Positions 37,701 through 50,078 of a DNA stretch of 64,000 bases are shown piece after piece. Each line of letters starts with the position of its first letter. Within the stretch, counting starts at the first letter, position 1. The position numbers were made by a program, and so were the translations under genes. The notes beneath the pieces are model-generated. The model searched no databases. It was given only the letters and a program-made list of their open reading frames with translations, and was not told the DNA's origin. Source of the DNA: Octopus bimaculoides (Eukaryota); the NCBI RefSeq assembly GCF_001194135.2, contig NC_069006.1, forward strand, positions 11,330,487-11,394,486, in the 5' to 3' direction.

Positions 37701-40700
37701 NNNNNNNNNNNNNNNNNNNNNNNNNNNNNNNNNNNNNNNNNNNNNNNNNNNNNNNNNNNNNNNNNNNNNNNNNNNNNNNNNNNNNNNNNNNNNNNNNNNN
37801 NNNNNNNNNNNNNNNNNNNNNNNNNNNNNNNNNNNNNNNNNNNNNNNNNNNNNNNNNNNNNNNNNNNNNNNNNNNNNNNNNNNNNNNNNNNNNNNNNNNN
37901 NNNNNNNNNNNNNNNNNNNNNNNNNNNNNNNNNNNNNNNNNNNNNNNNNNNNNNNNNNNNNNNNNNNNNNNNNNNNNNNNNNNNNNNNNNNNNNNNNNNN
38001 NNNNNNNNNNNNNNNNNNNNNNNNNNNNNNNNNNNNNNNNNNNNNNNNNNNNNNNNNNNNNNNNNNNNNNNNNNNNNNNNNNNNNNNNNNNNNNNNNNNN
38101 NNNNNCATGCTGGTGCCATGTTAAAGGTTCTAGTGCCACAGAAAAAGCACCCACTGCACTTTGTAATGTGGTTGATGTTAGGAAGGGCATCTAACCATAG
38201 AAACCTAGCCTGAACAGATAATGGACCCTTGTGTGACCCCCCCCTTCCCTCCCAGCCTTACTAGCTCCTTTCAATCTGTCCAACCATTTACCAGCATGGA
38301 CAATGGACGTTAAATGATGATGATGATATCTTGTAGCTTTGAGATTTCAGTAATGTGGTTGTTTGTTTTAGAATGACTTTGAAGTGTAGGTGTAAGAGGT
38401 CAGATCTGGCCAGTATGAACATAAAACAGGTCAAATATTTGGGCTGGCTATGGCCAGTTTGAATATTATAGGGTTAGCGTGCTTGTGTGTCTTTTAAGCC
38501 ATGAAATATGATATATCAGTAAATGCATTGTGCAATGTGGCCCTCCTGTCTTAAGTTACAGGAACATAAACAAACCAACACTGGTTGTCAAGTGGTGGTG
38601 GGGAATAAACACACATACACACACGTGTGTATGTGTATATGTGATGGGCTTCTTTCAATTTCCATCTACCAACTCTACTCAAGGCTTTGTTCAGCCCAGG
38701 TCTGTAGTAGAAGGCACTTGCCTAAGGTGCCATGCAATGGCACTGAACTCAGAACCATGTGGCTGGAAAGCTAGCTCTTTATCACACAACCACACTTGCA
38801 CCCATGTGATATTTTTGGTGGTGAGCCAAACATCTACCCTCTATGTGTGTGTGTGTGTGTGTGTGTGTCTCTAGTCACGATCAAGTCTTTTCACCTCTAC
38901 AACCCTTATTCACTGCCAGACCTAGATATTTTTAGTCATGAGCAGGACATTCATGAGTCAGCCTAAGTATGGATTTGTTGTTCCAAGATTAAGGATCTTC
39001 AAAAAAGAATGAGTTATTTGTTTTTCCTGTGATGTTTGTTGAGATCCACTTAAAGTATACTTTGAATAGAACAATGAACTCTTCAGCTGTGCTGGAGAGC
39101 TTTCACTGAGTCAACAGCAGAAAATGAATGCTGGCACTGGTGGTGTTGGTGCAGTTCTTTGGCACCTACATGGAGCAGGGCTAGACATTGTATTGAAGAC
39201 TTCCACTGGTTCTGAATTTTTACTCTCTTGATAGCTGACTCTCTTCAGATTTGTTCTGGCTCTCCATACAAATGATCTTGTTTTAAGGTGTTTGTATCCA
39301 TTGCATTAAAATGCTAACAATACATTCCTGTGGTGTAAAAAATTTGTCATGCTGTGGAAAAGAGATGGTGAAAGTAAGCGTTCAATAGAGTGTGAAAGAG
39401 AGAGAGAGAGTCATGAATGACAAAGCTGATGTTAATAGGGAAAGCATGAGAATTGTTTGTTAACCCTTTACCTCCCATAATTCTATTAACTGGAATTTTT
39501 TTATGAAACTTTGATTTCTAGCATAAAACAGCCTCAGAAACACGCTGGAATGATCAAAATAACATTTAAAATAGAAATAAGTGAAATATTGGGTGAAAAA
39601 TTAGCAAACCTCATTTGAATATCAGAGAAATATACCTAGTAGATATAGCAAAAAGGTTAGATATGTGTAAATATTGACAGATAATTACGAAATTTGTAAT
39701 TTTTAAGTGATCTCATATGAGATCACTGGTAGGTAATGGGTTAATCAAGAAAGGAGGCAAAATATGAATGATAGTGATAAGCAAGAATATTTTACACNNN
39801 NNNNNNNNNNNNNNNNNNNNNNNNNNNNNNNNNNNNNNNNNNNNNNNNNNNNNNNNNNNNNNNNNNNNNNNNNNNNNNNNNNNNNNNNNNNNNNNNNNNN
39901 NNNNNNNNNNNNNNNNNNNNNNNNNNNNNNNNNNNNNNNNNNNNNNNNNNNNNNNNNNNNNNNNNNNNNNNNNNNNNNNNNNNNNNNNNNNNNNNNNNNN
40001 NNNNNNNNNNNNNNNNNNNNNNNNNNNNNNNNNNNNNNNNNNNNNNNNNNNNNGCCCTTCTTTGATGCTAACACTAATTTTTTCCCCCATTAAGAAAATG
40101 TCTAGCAACTTGGCAGTTTCACGTGGAATAAAATACTTTAGTTGGAAACAAGAAAGGTTGGCTTCAGGAAGGGCATCATCTAGCCATAGAATACAATCTC
40201 AAAGACACTAGTTCAACAGAGAGAGAAGCTGACTCACAAATGACTGAGGAGGACATTTAAACTGCACCCATTTCCCCCTCCCCCCTGTCATGCAGGGTTG
40301 AAGTCTGCTAGAATATCTCTACACAGTCTATAGCTAGAGTCCAAATAGATCCTTGATCCTCCCCAGCATCCTTCCGAGTAGGTCTGCATCTATCAAGATG
40401 ATACAGGATGGTACACAAAAAAACTTGCCAAGGTTCCATTGCATGGTGCAAATACAAAAATATATTTATTCATTTGTTCTTGTCATCCACTTTTAATGGC
40501 TGTTCACATGTGAAATGATATGGTTTTAACTTTAGACTTTTCAATATGCATTGGTCTGACCTCCTGCTTATGTGAGACTGCTGTGTCAATTTACATGTTG
40601 ACATCTTTGGACTTGGAGTAATTCTTTGGTGAATGTTCTGAATAACTTCTGGTATTTGAACTGTAAAGTGTTTTAGTTTTAGGGTGCTGTGCACTGACCC

Positions 40701-43056
40701 CATAATGCACCACTTCTTAACCAACATTTGTATCATTCTCTTTGCCAGTAAGTCTTTACCTGGAAACTTGACATTAAAAATTTCACACATTTGCTTAACA
40801 AAACCCGTTCTCACATACGCTTCCACAATCTCCACTCTTTCCACTATTGGATGCATCATCTTGCAGGAAAGGCAAGAGATGTTCATTCAATGCAATCTTA
40901 CAGTCAACTAATGTGGTGAGGATGTATGGAGGATAACATTGCAAACAGTCAGTTAGTACATCATCTTTGTTCAACAGTTACAAGTGGTCAAAATAACATA
41001 ATGACACTTGCAAACAAAAGGCTGGGTGCTTTTTTTGCATGTAAATTTATTTCTGTATTTATACTACGCTATGGCACTTGGGCTACTATTTCTTGTGCTA
41101 TCTTGTACAAGTAGAAATAGCAGCTCCTTGATACTCTATGTCAGTTATAGAAAGGCTATGATATTATACCGTGTCATCCTATTGGTGTTGACTTAATGAT
41201 GGTCTTTATATCAGGTGTAGGGTAGCGCTGCTGCTGTTGGTTATGTTTTGGCAGATGTAGGTTAACCATGATTGAGGAGTACATCATGGCTGTAAAAGAG
41301 CTTCATTGTCGCATAAGCGGTGTTGTTCATTTCTGGCCTTCCTTGAAAAACATTTTGCCATGCGAAAATATCTTGCTTGGAAACAGGTGAGGGTTGGAGC
41401 ATCCCAGCCATAGAGAATCTGTCTCGGCTAATTCTGTCTGACCCATGCAAATAATGATAATAATAATAATAATAATAATGTCAACAAAAAAAATACCTTA
41501 GGAATAAGAACCCAGGGTTGGGTTCAAAAGCCTACCAGAACACCTGATGAAGGCTGGGGAGTAAATCAGCCGAAACATTGTGGTAACAACAAACAAGATG
41601 AGGACACATATCCGTCCAATATAAATAATGTATAGAATTCCTCATCTCTAAAATATAGAACGATAGAAAACTACCTACGGATAAGGTAGGGAGAAATCAA
41701 GAAGCCATCAAAGCAGCACATACTTAGTTACTTGACGAGGTGGAAGCATAGTTACGTAATTCAAAAGCCTGTTCCCCAAATAATGGTCCCAGGTTTGGTC
41801 CTACTACACTACTACAGCAACACCTTGGGCATGTGTCTTCTATTTTAGCCCCGAACCAACCAAAGCCTTATAAGTGGATTTGGTAGATGAAAACTGAAAG
41901 AAACACATTATATANNNNNNNNNNNNNNNNNNNNNNNNNNNNNNNNNNNNNNNNNNNNNNNNNNNNNNNNNNNNNNNNNNNNNNNNNNNNNNNNNNNNNN
42001 NNNNNNNNNNNNNNNNNNNNNNNNNNNNNNNNNNNNNNTTGTGTGTACTCTTGTCTAGACATAACATGATGATTTTGAATGAGCATCATCATCATCATCA
42101 TCATATAAATGATAAAACATTTCTGGCCAAAGAGTAATATTCCTTTTTGTTATAAGCACAAAGCCTGAAATTTCAGAGTGGAGTGGTGGTGGTAGGTGGG
42201 TGGGTGGGGGACAGTCGATCAAATTGACTCCAGTACGCAACTGGTACTTAATTTGTCGACCCTGAAAGGATGAAAGGCAAAGTTGGCCTCTGTAGATTCT
42301 GCCAGGTCACCACCTTGGCCAAGGGGTAATATTACCTTGCTTGGAAAAGAGGAGAGAATTGGCAGCAGGAAGGGCATCCAGCCGTAGAAAATTTGCCTCA
42401 ACAATTTCCATCTGGCTCATGCAAGCATGGAAACGTGGATGTTAGATAGTGGTATTGGTGGTTATCCATGATCAAGTCAACCAGTGAGAGAGTACTTACC
42501 CAGGTACTCAACATGCTAGAAACAGTAATCAGATCTCTCTCTCTCTCAAATCATACCCTACTGTCTTAACTCTTTAGCATTTAAACTGGCTACACCAGGC
42601 CCAAAAACCCTACTGGTTTTATGTTCAAACTGGCCAGATCCAACCTCTTGCACCTACCCTACAATGTCATTTTAAAAATAAAACAATCTCATCATTGAAA
42701 TCTCAAAGCTTATGAGATAATGCCTGATTAATTGGAAACAATGTGAATGAATAAGGATTACATTTGACAATAATCTCAATGCTAAAAGGTTAAGAAGCCA
42801 GCATTAGACAATATATAGTCCAAGGCCTCACTCTGTGCTGTTGTCTCAGCCTCCCCTTCCTCCATCTCTGTGTAAGTACTCCTCCTCTTCCTCCTCTATC
42901 ATGCACCAGTATCTCACCTGTTGTCTTTCTCTCTCTATCTCTCTCTAGCCCAGAACCCACAGCAGCAGGTTCCCACAGAAGCTGTCACACCTGGCACTGG
43001 TATAGACCTGGAATATGAAACAGATGGTAAGTACACTCACACACATCTCTCTTCCA

Positions 43057-43127
<71 letters not shown>

Positions 43128-43557
43128 GTTGTTTCTTTCTCGTTTTCCTCTTTCCTCAGATGTAAATGTGTACCAGCAGGAATATATATTTATAGACGGA
43201 TAGATTGACATTGACAGATATACCTCTCTCTTGCTCTGTAATGTATGTGTTTGTGTGTGTGTATATATATTTAAGTATATACATGATGTGATCACATGAC
43301 CAACCAGACTATCAGATGTTGTTACACATCGCTGGTCACAATGTGCTTTTGCATAGTTTTAGCTTTCAAATGACGCCACCCTTGCTGCCAAGGCAAGCAA
43401 ACCAACATTTCCCCCCCAGATTGAAAGTGATGACAGGAACCATGTGAAATGACGTGTTTTGCTCAAAAACACAGCACACTGCCTGGTCTGAGAATTGATC
43501 CCACAATCTAGAGACAGTGAGTGCAACAGCCTACTCACTAGGCCACACACCTTTACA

Positions 43558-43612
<55 letters not shown>

Positions 43613-43615
43613 GTG

Positions 43616-43648
<33 letters not shown>

Positions 43649-43657
43649 TAGCATATA

Positions 43658-43688
<31 letters not shown>

Positions 43689-46600
43689 NNNNNNNNNNNN
43701 NNNNNNNNNNNNNNNNNNNNNNNNNNNNNNNNNNNNNNNNNNNNNNNNNNNNNNNNNNNNNNNNNNNNNNNNNNNNNNNNNNNNNNNNNNNNNNNNNNNN
43801 NNNNNNNNNNNNNNNNNNNNNNNNNNNNNNNNNNNNNNNNNNNNNNNNNNNNNNNNNNNNNNNNNNNNNNNNNNNNNNNNNNNNNNNNNNNNNNNNAAGA
43901 ATTTTCAAATACAGGAATTGGACAAAATAATGGAGACGCCTAGCATCATAATTTTGAAATAGCTATAAAACCATGAATGTTTTTTTGATTTATTATTAGT
44001 ATTGCTTAATATGTTTTGCTAAAGTAATTAAAATTCATTAAAATGACAGATCTATCAGACTTTAAAAGAGGTCAAATTGTTGGTGCTTATATGGCAGGTG
44101 CTAGCGTAATGAAAACAGCTGAAATGTTTGGTGTATCAAGAAGTACTGTCTCGAAAGAAATGACAGTCTTTGAGAAAGAAGGAGAAACCTCCTCATTGAA
44201 ACAAAACTCCAGAAGAAAACCAAAACTTTCAGATAGGGACCGTCAGATTCTTATGTGAATTGTTAGAAAGGATCACAAAAGTACAGCTCGCAAAATTATT
44301 GCAGAGCTTAATGACCACCTCAAGAACCTAGTTTCCACAAAATCTGTTCGTCAGGAGCTGCACAAAGCTGGATTTCATGGAAGGGCTGCAATCAGAAAAC
44401 CACTACTTTCAAAAACAAATGTTGCAAAGCGTTTAGAGTGCAGTAAAAACCTACAGAATTGGTCCCTAGAGCAGTGGAAGAATGTTATTTTCTCAGATGA
44501 GTCATCCATTACCTTATTTCCAACCACCACCCAAGTATATGTGTGAAGACAGCCAAAAGAAGCATTTGACCCAGACTGCCTTCTTCCAACTGTTAAACAT
44601 GGAGGAGGATCTGTGATGATCTGGGGGGCTATATCTTGGAAATCCACCGGCCCAATGGTTCTCCTTCATGGCAGAATTAATAGTGAAGACTATTTATGCA
44701 TTTTATCTGATCAAATTCATCCTATGGTTGCAGAACTGTTTCCAAAGGGAAATGCAATCTTTCAGGATGATAGTGCACCAATTCACACAGCTAAAGTTGT
44801 TACTGAATGGCACGAGGAACATTCTAGTGAAGTTGAACATCTTATCTGGCCACCACAGTCCCCAGATCTCAATATTGTTGAACATTTATGGTGCATTTTA
44901 GAAAAACAAGTAAGGAGTCGATATCATCACCATCATCACATCATCATCATCATCATCATCATCACTTTTCTGTGCTTGCCAATCATTGCTGTTAAATTTT
45001 TAGTGTAGGTTGTTTTTTTGTTGTCTATTTTTGCAGTTCAGACCATCTCTCCTGAAGCTGCTCTCTATGAGACTTGTTATGTCACCGCTCACAAGGCTGC
45101 ATGCCGTGCAGGTGCTTTCCACCATTCTGGTAAGTCTGCTAGGATTTTGATTTAAGAATCTCACACCTCCACCTCCTCACTATATTAATCGCACCTCCAC
45201 CTCTTGGTGACGGATCACCTTTTCTTTCTGGTGACCAATAAGTTTCCACAAATAAAATAAAATGTTTATGTTGTTGTCATTTAACCACAGGCCAGCCCAG
45301 ACCAAGCAGACTTATGATGAAAGACGTTCCTTTCATGACCATTTAAAAAATTTTGTTTAGATCAAGGTGCAGGAGTGGCTGTGGTAAGAAGCTTGCTTCC
45401 CAACCACATGGTTCTGGGTTCAGTCCCACTGTGTGGCACCCTGGGTAAGTGTCTTCTACTATAACCTTGGGCTGACTAAAGCCTTGTGAGAGGATTTGGT
45501 AGATGGAAACTGAAAGAAGCCTGTCATATATATATATATATGTATTTTTGTATGTATGTATTTGTGTGTCTGTGTTTGTCCCCCACCATCACTTGAGACT
45601 GATGTTGGTGTGTTTATATCCCTGTAACTTAGTGGTTCGGCAAAAGAGAATGATAGAATAAGTACTAGGCTTACAAAGTTCTGGGGCCGATTTGTTTGAC
45701 TAAAGGCAGTGCTCCAGCATAGCCGCAGTCACATGACGGAAACAACTAAAAAAAATAAAAGAATCGAGTTTATCAAACTTTACTGTCTGATAGAAAGAGG
45801 CACAGCTGTGGAATTAAGAAGTTTGCTTCCCAACCACAAGTTTCCGGGTTCAGTCCCACTGCATGGCACTTTGGGCAAGTATCTTCTTTTATAGCCTCAG
45901 GCTGAACAAATTTTTGAGTAGTATTGGTTGACTAAAACTGAAAGAAGCTCATTGTGGATATGTGTGTGTGTGTGAGAGAGAGAGAGAGCTTGTGTGTGTG
46001 TGTGTGTGTGTGTGAGAGGGAGAGAGAGCTTGAGTATGTTGTGTCTCCTTGTCTTGACTTGTCAGTGAGAATGTGCCATATACTGAAATTACGTGATGTG
46101 GCACATTCTCACTGCCCATAACAGACAGTTCTTGTCTGCTAATGATATGCATACATGTGTGTTCTTAGCACCGTGCATCTGTATGAGAGGTCTTCTCAGA
46201 ACAAATTAACAATACATTCAGGTTAAGTTGCTTACAAAAATTGCCCTCTGGTACTAATACTTTTTCCGTTGCTAATATTTATTTTTTTTTTTTTGTCTTG
46301 CAAGTACTTTGTGACCCTGTCAGTGTAGGTGCCACTTAAAAGCACCCAGTGCACACTGTAAAGTGGTTGGTGTTCGGAAGGGCATCCAGCTGTAAAAACC
46401 TTGCCAAAACAGTCACAGGAGTCTGGTGCAGGCTTCGGCCTGGTTGGCTCTTGTAAAACCATCCCACCCATACTAGCATTAAAACTATAAAGAACAGCAT
46501 GTTATATAGGGTTTGAAATTTTCTATCCAATTGGGTATTTTGACTGAATGTTTACATTGCTATTATTTCTAGCTTCAAGATCTTGTATTCAGAAAAAAGA

Positions 46601-48078
46601 ATTATTTCTCATTCTCTCGAAAGTTTTTAAAATTCTAAGAGTGTCAACAATATATATATGTGTGTGTATATATATATATATATATATANNNNNNNNNNNN
46701 NNNNNNNNNNNNNNNNNNNNNNNNNNNNNNNNNNNNNNNNNNNNNNNNNNNNNNNNNNNNNNNNNNNNNNNNNNNNNNNNNNNNNNNNNNNNNNNNNNNN
46801 NNNNNNNNNNNNNNNNNNNNNNNNNNNNNNNNNNNNNNNNNNNNNNNNNNNNNNNNNNNNNNNNNNNNNNNNNNNNNNNNNNNNNNNNNNNNNNNNNNNN
46901 NNNNNNNNNNNNNNNNNNNNNNNNNNNNNNNNNNNNNNNNNNNNNNNNNNNNNNNNNNNNNNNNNNNNNNNNNNNNNNNNNNNNNNNNNNNNNNNNNNNN
47001 NNNNNNNNNNNNNNNNNNNNNNNNNNNNNNNNNNNNNNNNNNNNNNNNNNNNNNNNNNNNNNNNNNNNNNNNNNNNNNNNNNNNNNNNNNNNNNNNNNNN
47101 NNNNNNNNNNNNNNNNNNNNNNNNNNNNNNNNNNNNNNNNNNGCTTACCAACCTCATGGTTCCGGGTTCAATCCCACTGTGTGTCACCTTGGGCAAGAGT
47201 CTTCTACTATAGATTCGGGCCGACCAAAGCCTTGTGAGTGGATTTGGTAGACAGAAACTGAAAGAAGCCCGTTGTATATGTATATATATTTGTGTGTGTT
47301 TGTGTATCTGTGTTTGTCCCCCCAACATAGCTTGACAACCGATGCTGGTGTGTTTATGTCCCCGTAACCTAGCAGTTTGGCAAAAGAGACTGATAGAATA
47401 AGTACTAGGCTTACAAAGAATAAGTCCTGAGCTCAATTTCTTCGACTAAAGACGGTGCTCCAGCATGGCCACAGTCAAATGACTGAAACAAATAAAGAGA
47501 GAGTAAAGAGTATTAATAATATCACTTCTGGCAGTTCATATATTTTTATTCTAAAAATCACATGGTGCTGTATTTCGTGACCTGATTGGTGCTAGTTGGT
47601 AGTGATGGCAAATATATTTAGTTTTAAAAAAATGATTTGTGAGGGGGTGTTGTTTTTTTTTTTTGTTTCCAATTTAAGAATATTTTTGTTGTTGCAGGTC
47701 AACTGATAGCCACAGGATCAGAGGATGCTTCCATTAAGGTAAAGAAACTTGCTGGAGTTTTCTGAAACCTATCTATGTTGTTATCATCATCATTTAATGT
47801 GCATATGGATATATATATATATATACATAATTAAGGGATCAGCAAACAGTTGCTTCACCACATACTGAAGTTCAGAAATAGCAGCTAAAAAGCTTTTTAG
47901 CTGCTATTTCTGAACTTCGGTATGTGGTGAAGCAACTGTTTGCTGATCCCTTAATTATGTTTATAAATGTATAAGAACTTTTAAATAAGTTCTCCACCGA
48001 TAATGGTGTTTACATACCGAAGGGCTTGGTAAAAATTATTAATTGTTAATTTATTAATAAATTGATAAACCTTTACCC

Positions 48079-48113
<35 letters not shown>

Positions 48114-50045
48114 ACTGTGTGGTTAAGAAGTTGATTTCCCAACCAACTGATGTCAAGTTCAGTCCCACATCATGGCACCTAGGACATGTGTCTTCTATTG
48201 CAGCCCTATGCTGACCAATGTCTTCTGAGTAAATTCAGTCGATGGAAACTGTGTGGAAGTCCATTTTTATATACAGGGTGATTGAAAAGTAACTCCCTAT
48301 TATAAAATACTTGGAAAATTATTTATTAATTGTAATTTTTTTCTCAAACATTTTATGTTTGATTTTTGAAGTGTGAGAATTTAATTTGTAATCGTATTGT
48401 CCTTGTCGTTCGTGAATGGCTGAATGCCCACTTCCGCAGGAGGTGAATGGGTCATTGTAGTATACACGTGTGGCCAGCGAAGAGTCCCGACTTAACAGCC
48501 TGTGATTTTTTTCTTTGGGATTGGTTAAAGGAACAAGTCTACTGCACCAAGTCAAAGACTTTGGAAGAACTTGAAAGGCGAATACGAGAAGTTATATCTT
48601 CCGTTCCACAAGGTTCCTGGTGAAATCACTTCATGCAGTTCCTGGGCGACTCAAGAAGCTGGTGGCAACATCTGGAGTCCATATCCTATTTTAAATAAAA
48701 CCTCATACTAAAACCTGTCCTTATAAGTATTTTAAGATAGGGAGTTACTTTTCAATCACCCTGTATATATTTATATATATGTGTGTTTGTGTATGTATGT
48801 ATATCTGTGTGTCTGTGTTTGTCATACCCCTCCCCCAGAAAGAGACCAGTGGAACAAGCACCAAACTTAACGAAAGCCTTAAGTACTGGGGGTCAATTTG
48901 TTCAACTGAAATTCTTCAAAGTGGTGCCCCAGTATGGCCGCTATCCAGTGACTGAAAATACTAAAATACCACAAATAACTTGTGCAGGCAGTAATGAGTG
49001 GAGAGCAAGAGTGTGAGTGGGTGTGTGGGTGTAATGTTGTTCCTGCTTTGTTTATTTCTATTTTGTCTGATTTCTTTTTCTGTCTTTCCAGATTTTGGAT
49101 GTGGAGAGGATGCTGGCCAAAAGTGCTACACCTGCTGAGATCATTGCTATGGAAACACCACAACAAACCATGGAAAACCATCCCGTGATTCGAACACTCT
49201 ACGACCATAACTCTGTAAGTCAAGCATCTTCCCTGCTGTTCTTTGGGTTTTACTGGGGATGATGGTGGAGTAGTTGTGGTGTAATGTTGTGGCAGGGGTG
49301 GTAGGTTTACTGATCTATAGTATCATGTAATGTGTGGTGGTGGTGAAGGCACGTGGCTTAGTGGTTATGGCAATCGGCTCACGATCGTAAGGTCATGAGT
49401 TTAATTCCCAGTGACGTGTTGTGACACTTTAATCCACGTTGCTCCAGTCCACTCAGCTGGCCAAACTGAGTTCAACCTGTATTTCAAAGGGCCAGTCTTG
49501 TCACGCTCTGTGTCATGCTGAATCTCTCCCTGAGAACTATGTTATGGGCACACGTGTCTGTGGAGTACTCAGCCACTTGCACATTAATTTCATGAACAAG
49601 CTGTTCTGTTGATCATATCAGCTGGGAGCCCCATCGTCGTAACTGACAGAGTGCTCCTAAAAAATGAGAGGTGGTGGTAGTAGAAAGTAGCGTCACTGAT
49701 GTTGTGTGATGTGGTAGTGTTGGGTATTGTGGAGGTGGTAGCTGTAGTGTCTCTCAGATGTTTAGGGTGTAATAATGCAGTTTCCTCTGCATCTAACCAT
49801 GTGATATAGGGCTCTTTCATATCGATTGCAAATGTTCTGCACCATGTAGTTTTTGGTCCTTCTCATTTCCTTTTTCCCTCCGGTGAGATCCATCTGAAAG
49901 CTGTTTGAGAAAAGTGTTATTCCGTTGCTGGAATATGTGTGACCTGCTAGTTTTAATTTCTATTCTCTGGTGATTCTGCCAAGTGACCTCATATTGGCTC
50001 TCGTTTGAATAGGTGTCTTGCTATAAAGGAGATATATGGCTTCCC

Positions 50046-50078
<33 letters not shown>

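Noticed and set aside
42954-42969. Tandem CAG alternative acceptors in CSTF1 exon 3
   Set aside because: All lie at codon boundaries (phase 0), incompatible with the phase-1 exon 2 donor; only the TAG at 42946-42948 keeps the frame.
44613-45008. 131-aa ORF with a poly-His/poly-Ile tail as a domesticated transposase
   Set aside because: It is the 3' part of the stop-interrupted Tc1 pseudogene running into a (CAT)n microsatellite.
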